From Alphaproteobacteria bacterium (GTDB taxonomy: Bacteria > Pseudomonadota > Alphaproteobacteria > UBA9219), in assembly GCA_026225415.1 (NCBI GenBank), contig JAMFSS010000002.1, positions 25,915-89,914 of the forward strand: a stretch of DNA of 64,000 bases, in the 5' to 3' direction. Positions 39,036 to 48,029 of this stretch are shown piece by piece. Made by a program: the position numbers and the translations under genes. Position 1 is the first letter of the stretch; each line of letters starts with the position of its first letter. The notes below the pieces were generated by a model that was not told the origin of the DNA, searched no databases, and saw only the letters and a program-made list of their open reading frames with translations.

Positions 39036-39311
39036 ATGTTCGGATTTAAGAAGCGAAAAAAAGAAGCCGGATATTTCATCGACTGGATAAATCCCGATGG
39101 CTCTCCGGGCGGCAAGGTTTCAAGCAGAGCCATAGTTGACCCTTCCGTGATTGTCAAACCTCACGCTATCGTCACTCAAGGTGCTGTGATTGGCCCTGAT
39201 AATATAATTGAAAACGGCGAAATCGCTACGGCTGAAGGCTTTGCTATCAATTTTGATAGCAAAAGACCTGGAAATGGCTTTCGCAACCTAAGCCCATCTC
39301 CTAAACTCTAA
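39036..39311 (+). CDS. Hypothetical protein with a short hexapeptide-repeat (left-handed beta-helix-like) stretch
   Basis: AAGGAGGT RBS; AIVDPS VIVKPH AIVTQG AVIGPD NIIENG. Confidence 0.75.
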   Translation: MFGFKKRKKEAGYFIDWINPDGSPGGKVSSRAIVDPSVIVKPHAIVTQGAVIGPDNIIENGEIATAEGFAINFDSKRPGNGFRNLSPSPKL

Positions 39312-39355
39312 GCAAAAAATAAATTTAAATATCCCACAAAAGTGGGAAATATCCA

Positions 39356-39384
39356 TTGACATTTCACCCCGCTCACGCTATAAC
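39356..39384 (+). promoter_or_regulatory. Near-consensus sigma70 promoter
   Basis: TTGACA-17 bp-TATAAC. Confidence 0.75.
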
Positions 39385-39390
39385 AATCCT

Positions 39391-39552
39391 GCCACTGACA
39401 ATGGCGTTTGTTCGGCTCGCCGGGCCTGTTGGGTTAACACAACGGGATATCGACTGGGGCGCAGGGCAAACAGGTAGGCCACCGCACCCCCGTTCACAAT
39501 GTGAATGGCAACACGGTATGGTATGGGGTTGGAAAGCGCGCTTTTCTTTTTT
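39391..39552 (+). ncRNA. Candidate ~160-nt rod-shaped non-coding RNA (6S-like architecture)
   Basis: Promoter upstream, T-run at the 3' end, hand-folded long-range pairing with a central bubble; no credible ORF. Confidence 0.5.
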
Positions 39553-39704
39553 AAAGCATTGGATGAAGGGTTAAACGGAGGATAAAAAATAAAAATAAAC
39601 AAAACATTTCAATAAGATATAATGCGTTCTTCATAAAAAAACGCACCGCGGCTGGCTTTATCTCTAAAAAGGGCTATAATAACCCTGTGGATAAAAGGTG
39701 TTTC

Positions 39705-40292
39705 ATGCGTCGCATAGAACCAACGTCACAAATTCGCATATTCCCCCGAATCTTTGGGGTTCTGGCTGTGGCCTGCGCCCTGCTCATGTCGCATGCGGCG
39801 AATGCCGATTATGCGCCTGTTTCCACTTACGCTTTCGAGCAAGCGCTGAATGCCAATTCCAGCTTCAACCTTTACACGCCCCCCAAAGGCGGCGGGTTTA
39901 AACTGGACAGTTCGACCTATTCCGGCACCGGCACAGCGGCACCTTCGCAGTTTGATGACACCAACCAGAAACTCTACGCCCTGCTCATTGATGGCCGTTA
40001 TGATTTTCGGAACGACAAACAACCGCTCACACTGCAACCCTATATCTCTGGCGGCGCGGGTATGGCGACAACCGGCATTTCCGATGGCGGATCATCGGTC
40101 GGCACGCGTGATATGTCGCCCATGTTTCGTGTTGGCGGCGGCGTTGCCTATAATCTGGGGCAACAATGGGATATGTCGTTGGACTACAAAGCGGGCACAG
40201 CGTTGGTGACAGGCGATCAAGTCTTTACCGGACGCAGCCAGCAAGCGGTCGATCTGCAATCGCTCAATCTCGGCATGCATTACGCGTTCTAA
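39705..40292 (+). CDS. Outer-membrane beta-barrel protein (8-strand, opacity/OmpW-like)
   Basis: Signal peptide ending ANA, GRYDF, QPYISGGAG, terminal LGMHYAF. Confidence 0.85.
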   Translation: MRRIEPTSQIRIFPRIFGVLAVACALLMSHAANADYAPVSTYAFEQALNANSSFNLYTPPKGGGFKLDSSTYSGTGTAAPSQFDDTNQKLYALLIDGRYDFRNDKQPLTLQPYISGGAGMATTGISDGGSSVGTRDMSPMFRVGGGVAYNLGQQWDMSLDYKAGTALVTGDQVFTGRSQQAVDLQSLNLGMHYAF

Positions 40293-41056
40293 CGCAACTC
40301 CACAATCACCGGCGTATGATCCGAAGCCTTGTCCTTGCCGCGCGGCGTACGGTCTATCTCGCATGATATGGTGCGGTCTACCGCCTCGGCAGACAATAAA
40401 AAATGATCGATGCGAATACCGTTATCGCGTTGCCATGCGCCCGCCTGATAATCCCAAAAACTGAATGCCTGTTTATCGGGATGCAGAGCGCGAAAAATTT
40501 CCGTGTAACCCAAATTCAAAATATCGCGAAACGCCGCGCGTGTTTGCGGCAAATACAGCGCGTCATTCACCCATTCGGCAGCGTTATGCGCATCGATCGC
40601 ATCGGGAATTACATTGTAATCGCCGCCCAAAACAACCGGCTTTTCATCACGCAACAATTCATCGGCGCGTTTTTTTAACCGCGCCATCCAATTTAATTTG
40701 TATGGATATTTTTCTGTATCGACGGGATTGCCATTCGGCAAATAAATACTGGCGACGCGCGCGCCCTGTATTGTCGCTTCGACATAGCGCGATTGTTCTT
40801 CGGCGCTTGCATCGGGCAAACCTTCGACCACATCTTCGATTTTATGTTTCGATGCAATCGCCACGCCGTTATAGGATTTCTGACCCAACGCATGAACCTG
40901 ATATCCTGCCGATTGAAAATCGGCCAATGGAAACGCCGCAGTCTCGCATTTAATTTCCTGCATCAACAAAACATCGGGCGCGGCTTCAGCCAGCCATTCC
41001 AAAACATTCGGCAAACGGGCGCGAACCGAATTTACATTCCATGTGGCGATGCGCAT
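40289..41056 (-). CDS. xth: Exodeoxyribonuclease III
   Basis: MRIATWNVNS, QEIK, YNGVA, YLPNG, GDYN, RIDH, SDHTP. Confidence 0.96.
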   Translation of the reverse strand: MRIATWNVNSVRARLPNVLEWLAEAAPDVLLMQEIKCETAAFPLADFQSAGYQVHALGQKSYNGVAIASKHKIEDVVEGLPDASAEEQSRYVEATIQGARVASIYLPNGNPVDTEKYPYKLNWMARLKKRADELLRDEKPVVLGGDYNVIPDAIDAHNAAEWVNDALYLPQTRAAFRDILNLGYTEIFRALHPDKQAFSFWDYQAGAWQRDNGIRIDHFLLSAEAVDRTISCEIDRTPRGKDKASDHTPVIVELR

Positions 41057-41081
41057 GATCAATCTTTCGGTAAGGGCAAAC

Positions 41082-41384
41082 TTAATTTAAAATGCAGCGA
41101 TACTGTTCAAATGACTTCATCAGAAGACCCAAAATACGATGCTCTGGCGAATAATTATCAAAATCCTGACATTCAACAATGCTAATCAAATCCTTGTTTC
41201 CACCGCGTCTTCTGCAAAGCTCTGACCCGCAAAGGGATGCCGTTGCGGGGTCGGATAACAATGCCTCAATTCCCGAAACATTTTTATGATTAACCAAATT
41301 CCGCATGGCATCATAAATGGATAAAGTCGCCGGTTTTTCTAAAAATTCTTTCGCACCAACATCCGAAAAAGAAACGTCGCCCAT
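41082..41384 (-). CDS. Hypothetical protein inserted between erpA and xth
   Basis: Starts 2 bp after the erpA stop; AT-richer than its neighbours. Confidence 0.55.
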   Translation of the reverse strand: MGDVSFSDVGAKEFLEKPATLSIYDAMRNLVNHKNVSGIEALLSDPATASLCGSELCRRRGGNKDLISIVECQDFDNYSPEHRILGLLMKSFEQYRCILN

Positions 41385-41386
41385 TG

Positions 41387-41728
41387 CTATCCCTCACCTT
41401 TAACCGAAAAAGAACTGCCACACCCGCACGATGAAGCCGCATTGGGATTGGTAATGCGAAAACCTGTTTCCATCAGACTTTCGTTGTAATCGACTTCGCT
41501 GCCTTCCAACATACCCAATGAAGTCTGGTCGATCACCAGCTTCGCGCCGTCACGCTCCACCACGACATCTTCGCCCGATTCAACCACATCGGCAAATCCG
41601 AATTTATAGGAATAGCCGGAACAACCGCCACCCAACACTTCCAACCGCACGCCCAGCGCCGCGCCGCCGGATTCGGCGACCACTTTGGCAATGCGTTTCG
41701 CCGCATTTTCGCTTAGGGAGAGGCTCAT
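41387..41728 (-). CDS. erpA: A-type Fe-S cluster carrier (ErpA/IscA)
   Basis: GGGCSGYSY, NPNAASSCGCGSSF. Confidence 0.92.
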   Translation of the reverse strand: MSLSLSENAAKRIAKVVAESGGAALGVRLEVLGGGCSGYSYKFGFADVVESGEDVVVERDGAKLVIDQTSLGMLEGSEVDYNESLMETGFRITNPNAASSCGCGSSFSVKGEG

Positions 41729-41770
41729 ATTTTATTCCTTTTTTGTGCTTACACATGATAATCTGGGCGC

Positions 41771-42949
41771 ATGACAAGCAATTTTCAAGCCCCAATCCTG
41801 GCTCCCTATGCAACCCTTGCCGCGCACAGCCGGGGTCGGCTTGTGCCCGAAAAACCCAGCGAAAACCGCAGCCCCTATCAACGCGACCGCGACCGAATCA
41901 TCCATTCCGGCGCGTTCCGCAAACTACGTAACAAAACCCAAGTGTTTGTCGAAAGCGAAGGCGATTATTACCGTACGCGCCTGACCCACTCACTGGAAGT
42001 CGCACAGATTGCCCGTTCGATCAGCCGCAGCCTGCATCTCGATGAAGACCTCGCCGAAACCATCGCTTTGTCACATGATCTTGGCCATACCTGTTTTGGC
42101 CATGCGGGCGAAGACGGCTTGGCGGCGGCAATGGAAAATCTGGGCGGCTTCAGCCATAACGAACAAACTTTCCGCATCCTCACCAAACTGGAAAACCGTT
42201 ATGCGCGTTTCGACGGGTTAAATCTGACATGGGAAACATTGGAAGGCATCGTTAAACATAACGGCCCCATCACAGATTTATCCGGCCTCCCTACCCTGCG
42301 CGAATTCAATGCCGCGTGGGATTTGGAATTATCGACTTTTGCGGGGCCCGAAGCGCAGGTCGCGGCCTTGTCCGACGATATGGCATACAACACGCATGAT
42401 ATTGATGACGGCCATCGCGCCGGATTTTTTACGTTGGAAGATTTGCATGATCTGCCTTTGTTCGGAGCATCATTGAAAAAAATCCGCGCATTATATCCGA
42501 ACGCAGCGCGTGAACGATTGATGTATGAAGCAGTGCGCGAAGTTATTGGCCTGATGGTTCTTGACGTTATGCAAACTACGCAACGCAACCTCGACACGCT
42601 CAAACCAAAATCCGCCGAAGATATCCGCCACGCGCCCCAAGCGACCGTCGCCTTCAGTGCCGGGATGAACAATAACATCGACCAGTTGCGCGACTTTCTG
42701 CATGCCCGCATGTATCGCCATGCCCGTATCAATGAAACATGTGCCAAGGCGCGGCAGATTGTCGGCGATTTGTTCCGTTTCTTTTTCACGCAACCAGAAA
42801 AACTGCCCGACACCTGGCGCGATGCTGTCAATGCCTGCGCAACCCAACCCGACAAAGCCCGCATCACGGCGGATTATATCGCAGGCATGACAGACCGTTT
42901 CGCGATCAAGCAACATCACAAAATATTCAACAGCAGCATTAATATTTGA
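41771..42949 (+). CDS. dgt: dGTP triphosphohydrolase
   Basis: RDRDRIIHS, KTQV, RTRLTHSLEV, HDLGH, DYIAGMTD. Confidence 0.95.
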   Translation: MTSNFQAPILAPYATLAAHSRGRLVPEKPSENRSPYQRDRDRIIHSGAFRKLRNKTQVFVESEGDYYRTRLTHSLEVAQIARSISRSLHLDEDLAETIALSHDLGHTCFGHAGEDGLAAAMENLGGFSHNEQTFRILTKLENRYARFDGLNLTWETLEGIVKHNGPITDLSGLPTLREFNAAWDLELSTFAGPEAQVAALSDDMAYNTHDIDDGHRAGFFTLEDLHDLPLFGASLKKIRALYPNAARERLMYEAVREVIGLMVLDVMQTTQRNLDTLKPKSAEDIRHAPQATVAFSAGMNNNIDQLRDFLHARMYRHARINETCAKARQIVGDLFRFFFTQPEKLPDTWRDAVNACATQPDKARITADYIAGMTDRFAIKQHHKIFNSSINI

Positions 42950-43063
42950 ATCTAAATAAGTCTTATCTTATCAATAGGTTATATTGAGAAGAGTTTTGCC
43001 TAATTAGTTTCAGCGATTCCTGTTATATTGAAATCATAGATAAAATAATAAGGAAATTTTTTA

Positions 43064-43549
43064 ATGAATAAATTTAAATTCGCCTCACGCGGCCTTTGCC
43101 AAAAAATTGGTATTCCATTATCAGCAATAGCCATGGCGTCTTTGTCTGGTTGTGCGACCACCTATGGCGGTGAAGAAGGATTCAGAAATGCATTAGAAAC
43201 CGCCAACGAAAATATTACGACCTATGCATCTGGGAAAAACCAAGACGCAGAATCCTGCCTTGTTGAGCAAACCGTACTTCTGCTAAGAGCGGCGAGCGAT
43301 CCTTCAGGCATGGAAACATTAATGCAAGTTCGTAGAAATACGAAAGGGCTTGGCTGTGCTGCCAACCCAGATTTTATTCCTGCCATACAAAAAGATTTTG
43401 CGGCAGGAGCCAGAATAAATAATTACTCTACGAACGAATACCTAAATGTAGGCTTTCTGGTAGAGCTGCCTAAAGGCGACAATCAACAGGTTCGTGCTCG
43501 CATTTGCGGCATGCGTTGGCCACGAGAACAAGGCCCGAGCTGCAATTAA
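43064..43549 (+). CDS. Hypothetical lipoprotein
   Basis: AAGGA RBS, lipobox LSGC, AT-rich. Confidence 0.7.
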   Translation: MNKFKFASRGLCQKIGIPLSAIAMASLSGCATTYGGEEGFRNALETANENITTYASGKNQDAESCLVEQTVLLLRAASDPSGMETLMQVRRNTKGLGCAANPDFIPAIQKDFAAGARINNYSTNEYLNVGFLVELPKGDNQQVRARICGMRWPREQGPSCN

Positions 43550-46246
43550 TTAAGCCGCGTTCAACCGAGCCTGAACATCATCATGCCCTTCAATCGCCGC
43601 CTGTGCCGCCGCCAAACGTGCGATGGGCAAACGGTACGGCGAGCAAGAAACATAATCCAACCCTGTACGGTGGAAAAACTTGACCGAGTTCGCATCGCCG
43701 CCATGTTCACCGCAAATGCCCAATTTAATATCTTTACGCGTCTTGCGGCCACGTTCACACGCCAACGCGACCAGCTCGCCCACGCCTTCTTGATCTAACG
43801 ACGCAAAAGGATCCTGTTCAAACACGCCCGCCGCGTAATAATCGGGCAGGAAACTGGCGGCATCATCGCGGCTTAAACCAAAAGTGGTTTGCGTTAAATC
43901 ATTAGTGCCGAAACTGAAAAACTGTGCCGTTTCCGCAATCTCGCTTGCACGCAACGCGGCGCGCGGCAATTCGATCATCGTGCCGACCAGATAATTCAAC
44001 GTAACGCCTGTCGATTTCTGCACTTCGCCCGCAACGCGATCAACAACCGCCTTCAAAACATCCAGTTCTTTTTTGGTCGCAATCAACGGAATCATAATCT
44101 CGGGGATAACCGCTTTGCCTTGTTTCGCCATATCCGCTGCCGCCGCAAACACCGCACGCGCCTGCATTTCATAAATTTCGGGATAGGAAATACCCAAACG
44201 GCAACCGCGATGCCCCAACATGGGGTTCGATTCATGCAATTGCGCGGTGCGTTTTTTAACTTTGTCGACGCTCACGCCCGCACCCGCCGCCACAGCGGCA
44301 ATTTCGTTTTCGGCATGCGGCAGAAATTCATGCAAAGGCGGATCGAGGAAACGAATAGTGACCGGCAAGCCCTCCATAATCGTGAACAGATCAAGGAAAT
44401 CTTTTTTCTGCATCGGTTCCAGTTTCGCCAGTGCCGCGCGGCGTCCCGCCTCATCATCCGCAATAATCATTTCGCGCATCGCGGTAATACGGTCGGTGTC
44501 GAAAAACATATGTTCTGTCCGGCATAAACCAATGCCTTCCGCGCCGAATTTCCGCGCGGTGCGGGCATCCAACGGCGTTTCGGCATTGGCGCGAACTTTC
44601 AATCGGCGCATCGAATCCGCCCAGCCCATCAATGTTTCAAAATCACCCGACAATTCCGGTTGCACCGTTGCAATTTCGCCAATCATAATTTCGCCGGTTG
44701 CCCCATCAATGGTGATGATATCGCCCGCTTTGAGGGTAACGCCCTTGGCGACCATTTGTTGTTTCGCATAATCAATCGAAATGTCGCCCGCGCCCGCCAC
44801 GCAAGAACGCCCCATGCCACGCGCCACAACCGCCGCATGGCTGGTCATGCCGCCACGGCTGGTGACAATACCCTTGGCCGCGTGCATGCCGTGAATATCT
44901 TCGGGGCTGGTTTCTGTGCGGCACAGGATGACTTTCTGGCCTTTGTTTGTTAAATCTTCCGCTTCATCCGCGCTGAACACTACCTTGCCACAGGCGGCAC
45001 CCGGCGATGCGGGCAAACCTTTGGCAAAAATTTGTTTCTTGGCTTTCGGATCTAGCGTCGGATGCAATAGTTGATCGAGCGATTTAGGCTCGATACGTTT
45101 AATCGCTTCTTCTTTACTGATCACGCCTTCCGCCACCATGTCCACGGCGATTTTCAACGCCGCCGCGGCGGTTCGTTTGCCGGTGCGCGTCTGCAACATA
45201 TATAATTTGTTTTGCTGTACCGTAAATTCGATATCCTGCATATCGCGGTAATGTTTTTCCAACTTCAAACGCACATCGTTCAATTGCGCGAATACCGAAG
45301 GCATCACTTCTTCCATCGCGGGCAATGTGGATTTATGTTCCTGTTTGCCCTTTACAGTTAAATGCTGCGGCGTGCGGATTCCGGCCACAACATCTTCGCC
45401 TTGCGCATTGACCAGATATTCACCGTAAAACAAATTTTCACCGGTCGATGGGTTGCGGGTAAAGGCAACGCCGGTACAACAATCATCGCCCCGATTACCA
45501 AACACCATCGCCTGAATATTGACAGCCGTACCCCAATCGGCGGGGATATCGTTCAACCGGCGATATGTCACCGCGCGTTGGTTCATCCAAGAACTGAACA
45601 CGGCACCGGCGGCGCCCCATAATTGTTCATGAACATCTTGTGGAAACGGCTTGCCCAAATGTTTTTGCACTTCGGTCAAATAACTTTCGGCGACTTCTTT
45701 CCAATCTTCGGCTTTCATGTCGATGTCGTTTGTATAACCCTGCGCGCGCTTCACATCATCGATGATGGATTCAAACATGTGGTGTTCAAGTCCCAACACG
45801 ACACAGCTATACATCTGAATAAAGCGACGATAGGAATCATACGCAAAACGGTCATTGCCGCTCTGCGCCTTTAATCCCTCAACCGTTTCCTTGTTCAAAC
45901 CAAGATTCAAAACCGTATCCATCATGCCGGGCATCGAGGCGCGCGCGCCTGAACGAACCGAAACCAGTAACGGATTTTTGACATCGCCAAATTTCGCGCC
46001 GGTAATTTTTTCGACTTCGGCCAACCCTGCCGCCACTTGCGCTTTCAACTCGGCGGGATATTGGTTTCCATGCGCGTAATAATGCGTGCAAACTTCCGTG
46101 GTAACGGTAAAGCCCGGAGGCACCGGCAAACCCAGATTACACATTTCCGCCAGCCCAGCACCCTTGCCGCCCAGCAAATTGCGCATGTCGGATTTACCCT
46201 CCGCCTTGCCATCACCAAAAGCGTAAACCCATTTATGTGCGGTCAT
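43550..46246 (-). CDS. ppdK: Pyruvate, phosphate dikinase
   Basis: LLGGKGAGL, SVRSGA, GGMTSHAAVVAR, GLCRTEHMF, SFGTNDL, GICGEHGG; start trimmed to MTAHKW. Confidence 0.97.
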   Translation of the reverse strand: MTAHKWVYAFGDGKAEGKSDMRNLLGGKGAGLAEMCNLGLPVPPGFTVTTEVCTHYYAHGNQYPAELKAQVAAGLAEVEKITGAKFGDVKNPLLVSVRSGARASMPGMMDTVLNLGLNKETVEGLKAQSGNDRFAYDSYRRFIQMYSCVVLGLEHHMFESIIDDVKRAQGYTNDIDMKAEDWKEVAESYLTEVQKHLGKPFPQDVHEQLWGAAGAVFSSWMNQRAVTYRRLNDIPADWGTAVNIQAMVFGNRGDDCCTGVAFTRNPSTGENLFYGEYLVNAQGEDVVAGIRTPQHLTVKGKQEHKSTLPAMEEVMPSVFAQLNDVRLKLEKHYRDMQDIEFTVQQNKLYMLQTRTGKRTAAAALKIAVDMVAEGVISKEEAIKRIEPKSLDQLLHPTLDPKAKKQIFAKGLPASPGAACGKVVFSADEAEDLTNKGQKVILCRTETSPEDIHGMHAAKGIVTSRGGMTSHAAVVARGMGRSCVAGAGDISIDYAKQQMVAKGVTLKAGDIITIDGATGEIMIGEIATVQPELSGDFETLMGWADSMRRLKVRANAETPLDARTARKFGAEGIGLCRTEHMFFDTDRITAMREMIIADDEAGRRAALAKLEPMQKKDFLDLFTIMEGLPVTIRFLDPPLHEFLPHAENEIAAVAAGAGVSVDKVKKRTAQLHESNPMLGHRGCRLGISYPEIYEMQARAVFAAAADMAKQGKAVIPEIMIPLIATKKELDVLKAVVDRVAGEVQKSTGVTLNYLVGTMIELPRAALRASEIAETAQFFSFGTNDLTQTTFGLSRDDAASFLPDYYAAGVFEQDPFASLDQEGVGELVALACERGRKTRKDIKLGICGEHGGDANSVKFFHRTGLDYVSCSPYRLPIARLAAAQAAIEGHDDVQARLNAA

Positions 46247-46256
46247 GTTCGGCCTC

Positions 46257-47879
46257 TTATGAAAGTTTGGTTGAGAGGTAGGATTTAACCTGATCCAGCG
46301 CGACTTTTTCCTGTTGCGCGGTATCGCGGTTACGGATAGTGACATTTTGCGATGTAAGCGTGTCGCCATCAATCGTGATACAGAAAGGCGTGCCCGCTTC
46401 ATCCATACGGGCATAGCGTTTGCCGATGCTTTGCTTTGCGTCATACTGGCAAGTATGCGTTTTGCGCAAATCCATAAACAGTTTTTCGGCGACTTCCGGC
46501 ATACCGTCTTTATTCACCAACGGGAAAATACCGGCCTTGATCGGCGCCAAACTTGGTTTCAATTTCAACCATTCGGGCGAGGCGCGGCTTTCGTCATATT
46601 GATACGCTTCGCATAACAATGCCAACACGCCGCGCGTTAAACCAGCCGCCGGTTCGATAACATGCGGCAGGTAGCGCGTTTTCGCTTCCTGATCGATATA
46701 TTCAAGATTGGTTTTGCTGAATGTCTGATGTTGTTTCAAATCATAATCGGTGCGGTATGCCACACCTTCCAACTCGCCGAAATTGGGGTCGGTAAAGGGA
46801 TATTTATATTCGATATCCGCAGTCGCCGCCGAATAAAAGGCGCGGTCGCCATCGCCGATTTCATGGCGGAAAATGTTGGCTTTGGACAATCCCATCTCGC
46901 CCCACCAACGCAAACGTTCGGCGACCCAGAATTCATACCATTTCATGCCGTCTTCGGGCGGCACGAAAAATTCCATTTCCATCTGCTCGAACTCGCGCGT
47001 ACGGAAAATGAAATTCCGCGGCGTGACTTCGTTACGGAATGATTTGCCGACTTGCGCAATGCCAAACGGCGGTTTGACGCGTGATGTATCCAACACGTTT
47101 TTATATTGCAGAAAAATACCCTGTGCCGTTTCGGGGCGCAGATAGACTTTGGATTCTTCGTTTTGGAAAACACCAACATAGGAATTGAACATCAGATTGA
47201 ACGAACGCGGCTCAGTCAATGTGCCTGCATTTTTGGCATCGGGTCCGATCACTTTGGCTTGCTCTTCAGCATTTAATGCAGTGAAAGGTCTTTCGATCAA
47301 TATAAAATCGGATTGAATTTTACTTAAAAAATTGTTCGCTAAACCTTCTTCTCTACAATACTTCTCTGAATCATTTCTCGGGTGTCGCTCAAAAGACAAA
47401 TAATATTGACTATCCTTTTTTGTACGTTTGATAAGCCCAGCAACAATTTCATTTAATTGTTCTGGCTCAACATAGCTAAAAAATAATCGCGCCTTTTCTT
47501 CCTTATCTTCATCACGCATAGTAACTTCAAATACATTTATGTGGTCTGCTCTGTATCTTTTTTTGCTTTCCTTGCAATCGACCATCAAATCGGCAAAGCC
47601 CGACAGATGCCCCGACGCTTCCCATGTTTTGGGGTGTTGGATAATCGATGTGTCGATGCCGACGATGGAAACCGGTTGGCCATCGGGGCCAATCGGCGGG
47701 CAATCAACCATGTCGCGCCACCAGGCATCGCGGATGTTGTTTTTAAGCTGGGTTCCCAAAGGCCCGAAATCCCAGAACCCGTTCAACCCGCCATAAATTT
47801 CGGAAGCGGGATACACAAAGCCGCGGCGTTTGCACAACGACACAAGGCGGTTCATAAGCGAAGTTTCGGGTTGGGGCAT
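46257..47879 (-). CDS. glyQS: Glycine--tRNA ligase, single-subunit homodimeric (alpha2) type
   Basis: LCKRRGF...EIYGG...DFGPLG, YLRPETAQG, FRNEVTPR...REFEQME, PHVIEPAAG, IGKRYARMDEAG. Confidence 0.95.
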   Translation of the reverse strand: MPQPETSLMNRLVSLCKRRGFVYPASEIYGGLNGFWDFGPLGTQLKNNIRDAWWRDMVDCPPIGPDGQPVSIVGIDTSIIQHPKTWEASGHLSGFADLMVDCKESKKRYRADHINVFEVTMRDEDKEEKARLFFSYVEPEQLNEIVAGLIKRTKKDSQYYLSFERHPRNDSEKYCREEGLANNFLSKIQSDFILIERPFTALNAEEQAKVIGPDAKNAGTLTEPRSFNLMFNSYVGVFQNEESKVYLRPETAQGIFLQYKNVLDTSRVKPPFGIAQVGKSFRNEVTPRNFIFRTREFEQMEMEFFVPPEDGMKWYEFWVAERLRWWGEMGLSKANIFRHEIGDGDRAFYSAATADIEYKYPFTDPNFGELEGVAYRTDYDLKQHQTFSKTNLEYIDQEAKTRYLPHVIEPAAGLTRGVLALLCEAYQYDESRASPEWLKLKPSLAPIKAGIFPLVNKDGMPEVAEKLFMDLRKTHTCQYDAKQSIGKRYARMDEAGTPFCITIDGDTLTSQNVTIRNRDTAQQEKVALDQVKSYLSTKLS

Positions 47880-47986
47880 AAGAAACTAACCAGACGTAAA
47901 AGTTTGATGATTCAAGCACTTCTCGCCCCCTTTTAGCATATCGCCGCGCATTTCAAAGCGGGAAATAATGCCCCTTTTTTGGCATT

Positions 47987-48013
47987 AAAAAACCCCGCCG
48001 AAGCGGGGTTTTT
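47987..48013. terminator. Intrinsic terminator (bidirectional form)
   Basis: AAAAAACCCCGC-CGAA-GCGGGGTTTTT. Confidence 0.85.
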
Positions 48014-48029
48014 GAAGCGTGTTTGCGTA

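Noticed and set aside
39455-39495. GCAGGGCAAAC as a c-di-GMP-I riboswitch
   Set aside because: Lacks the GNRA-capped P2 stem and receptor; the downstream gene has its own promoter
38961-40292. Integrated element at tRNA-Cys
   Set aside because: No integrase and no duplicated tRNA 3' end seen
47281-47580. GlyRS insertion as an intein
   Set aside because: No N-terminal Cys/Ser block or terminal His-Asn followed by Cys/Ser/Thr; lies in a known variable domain
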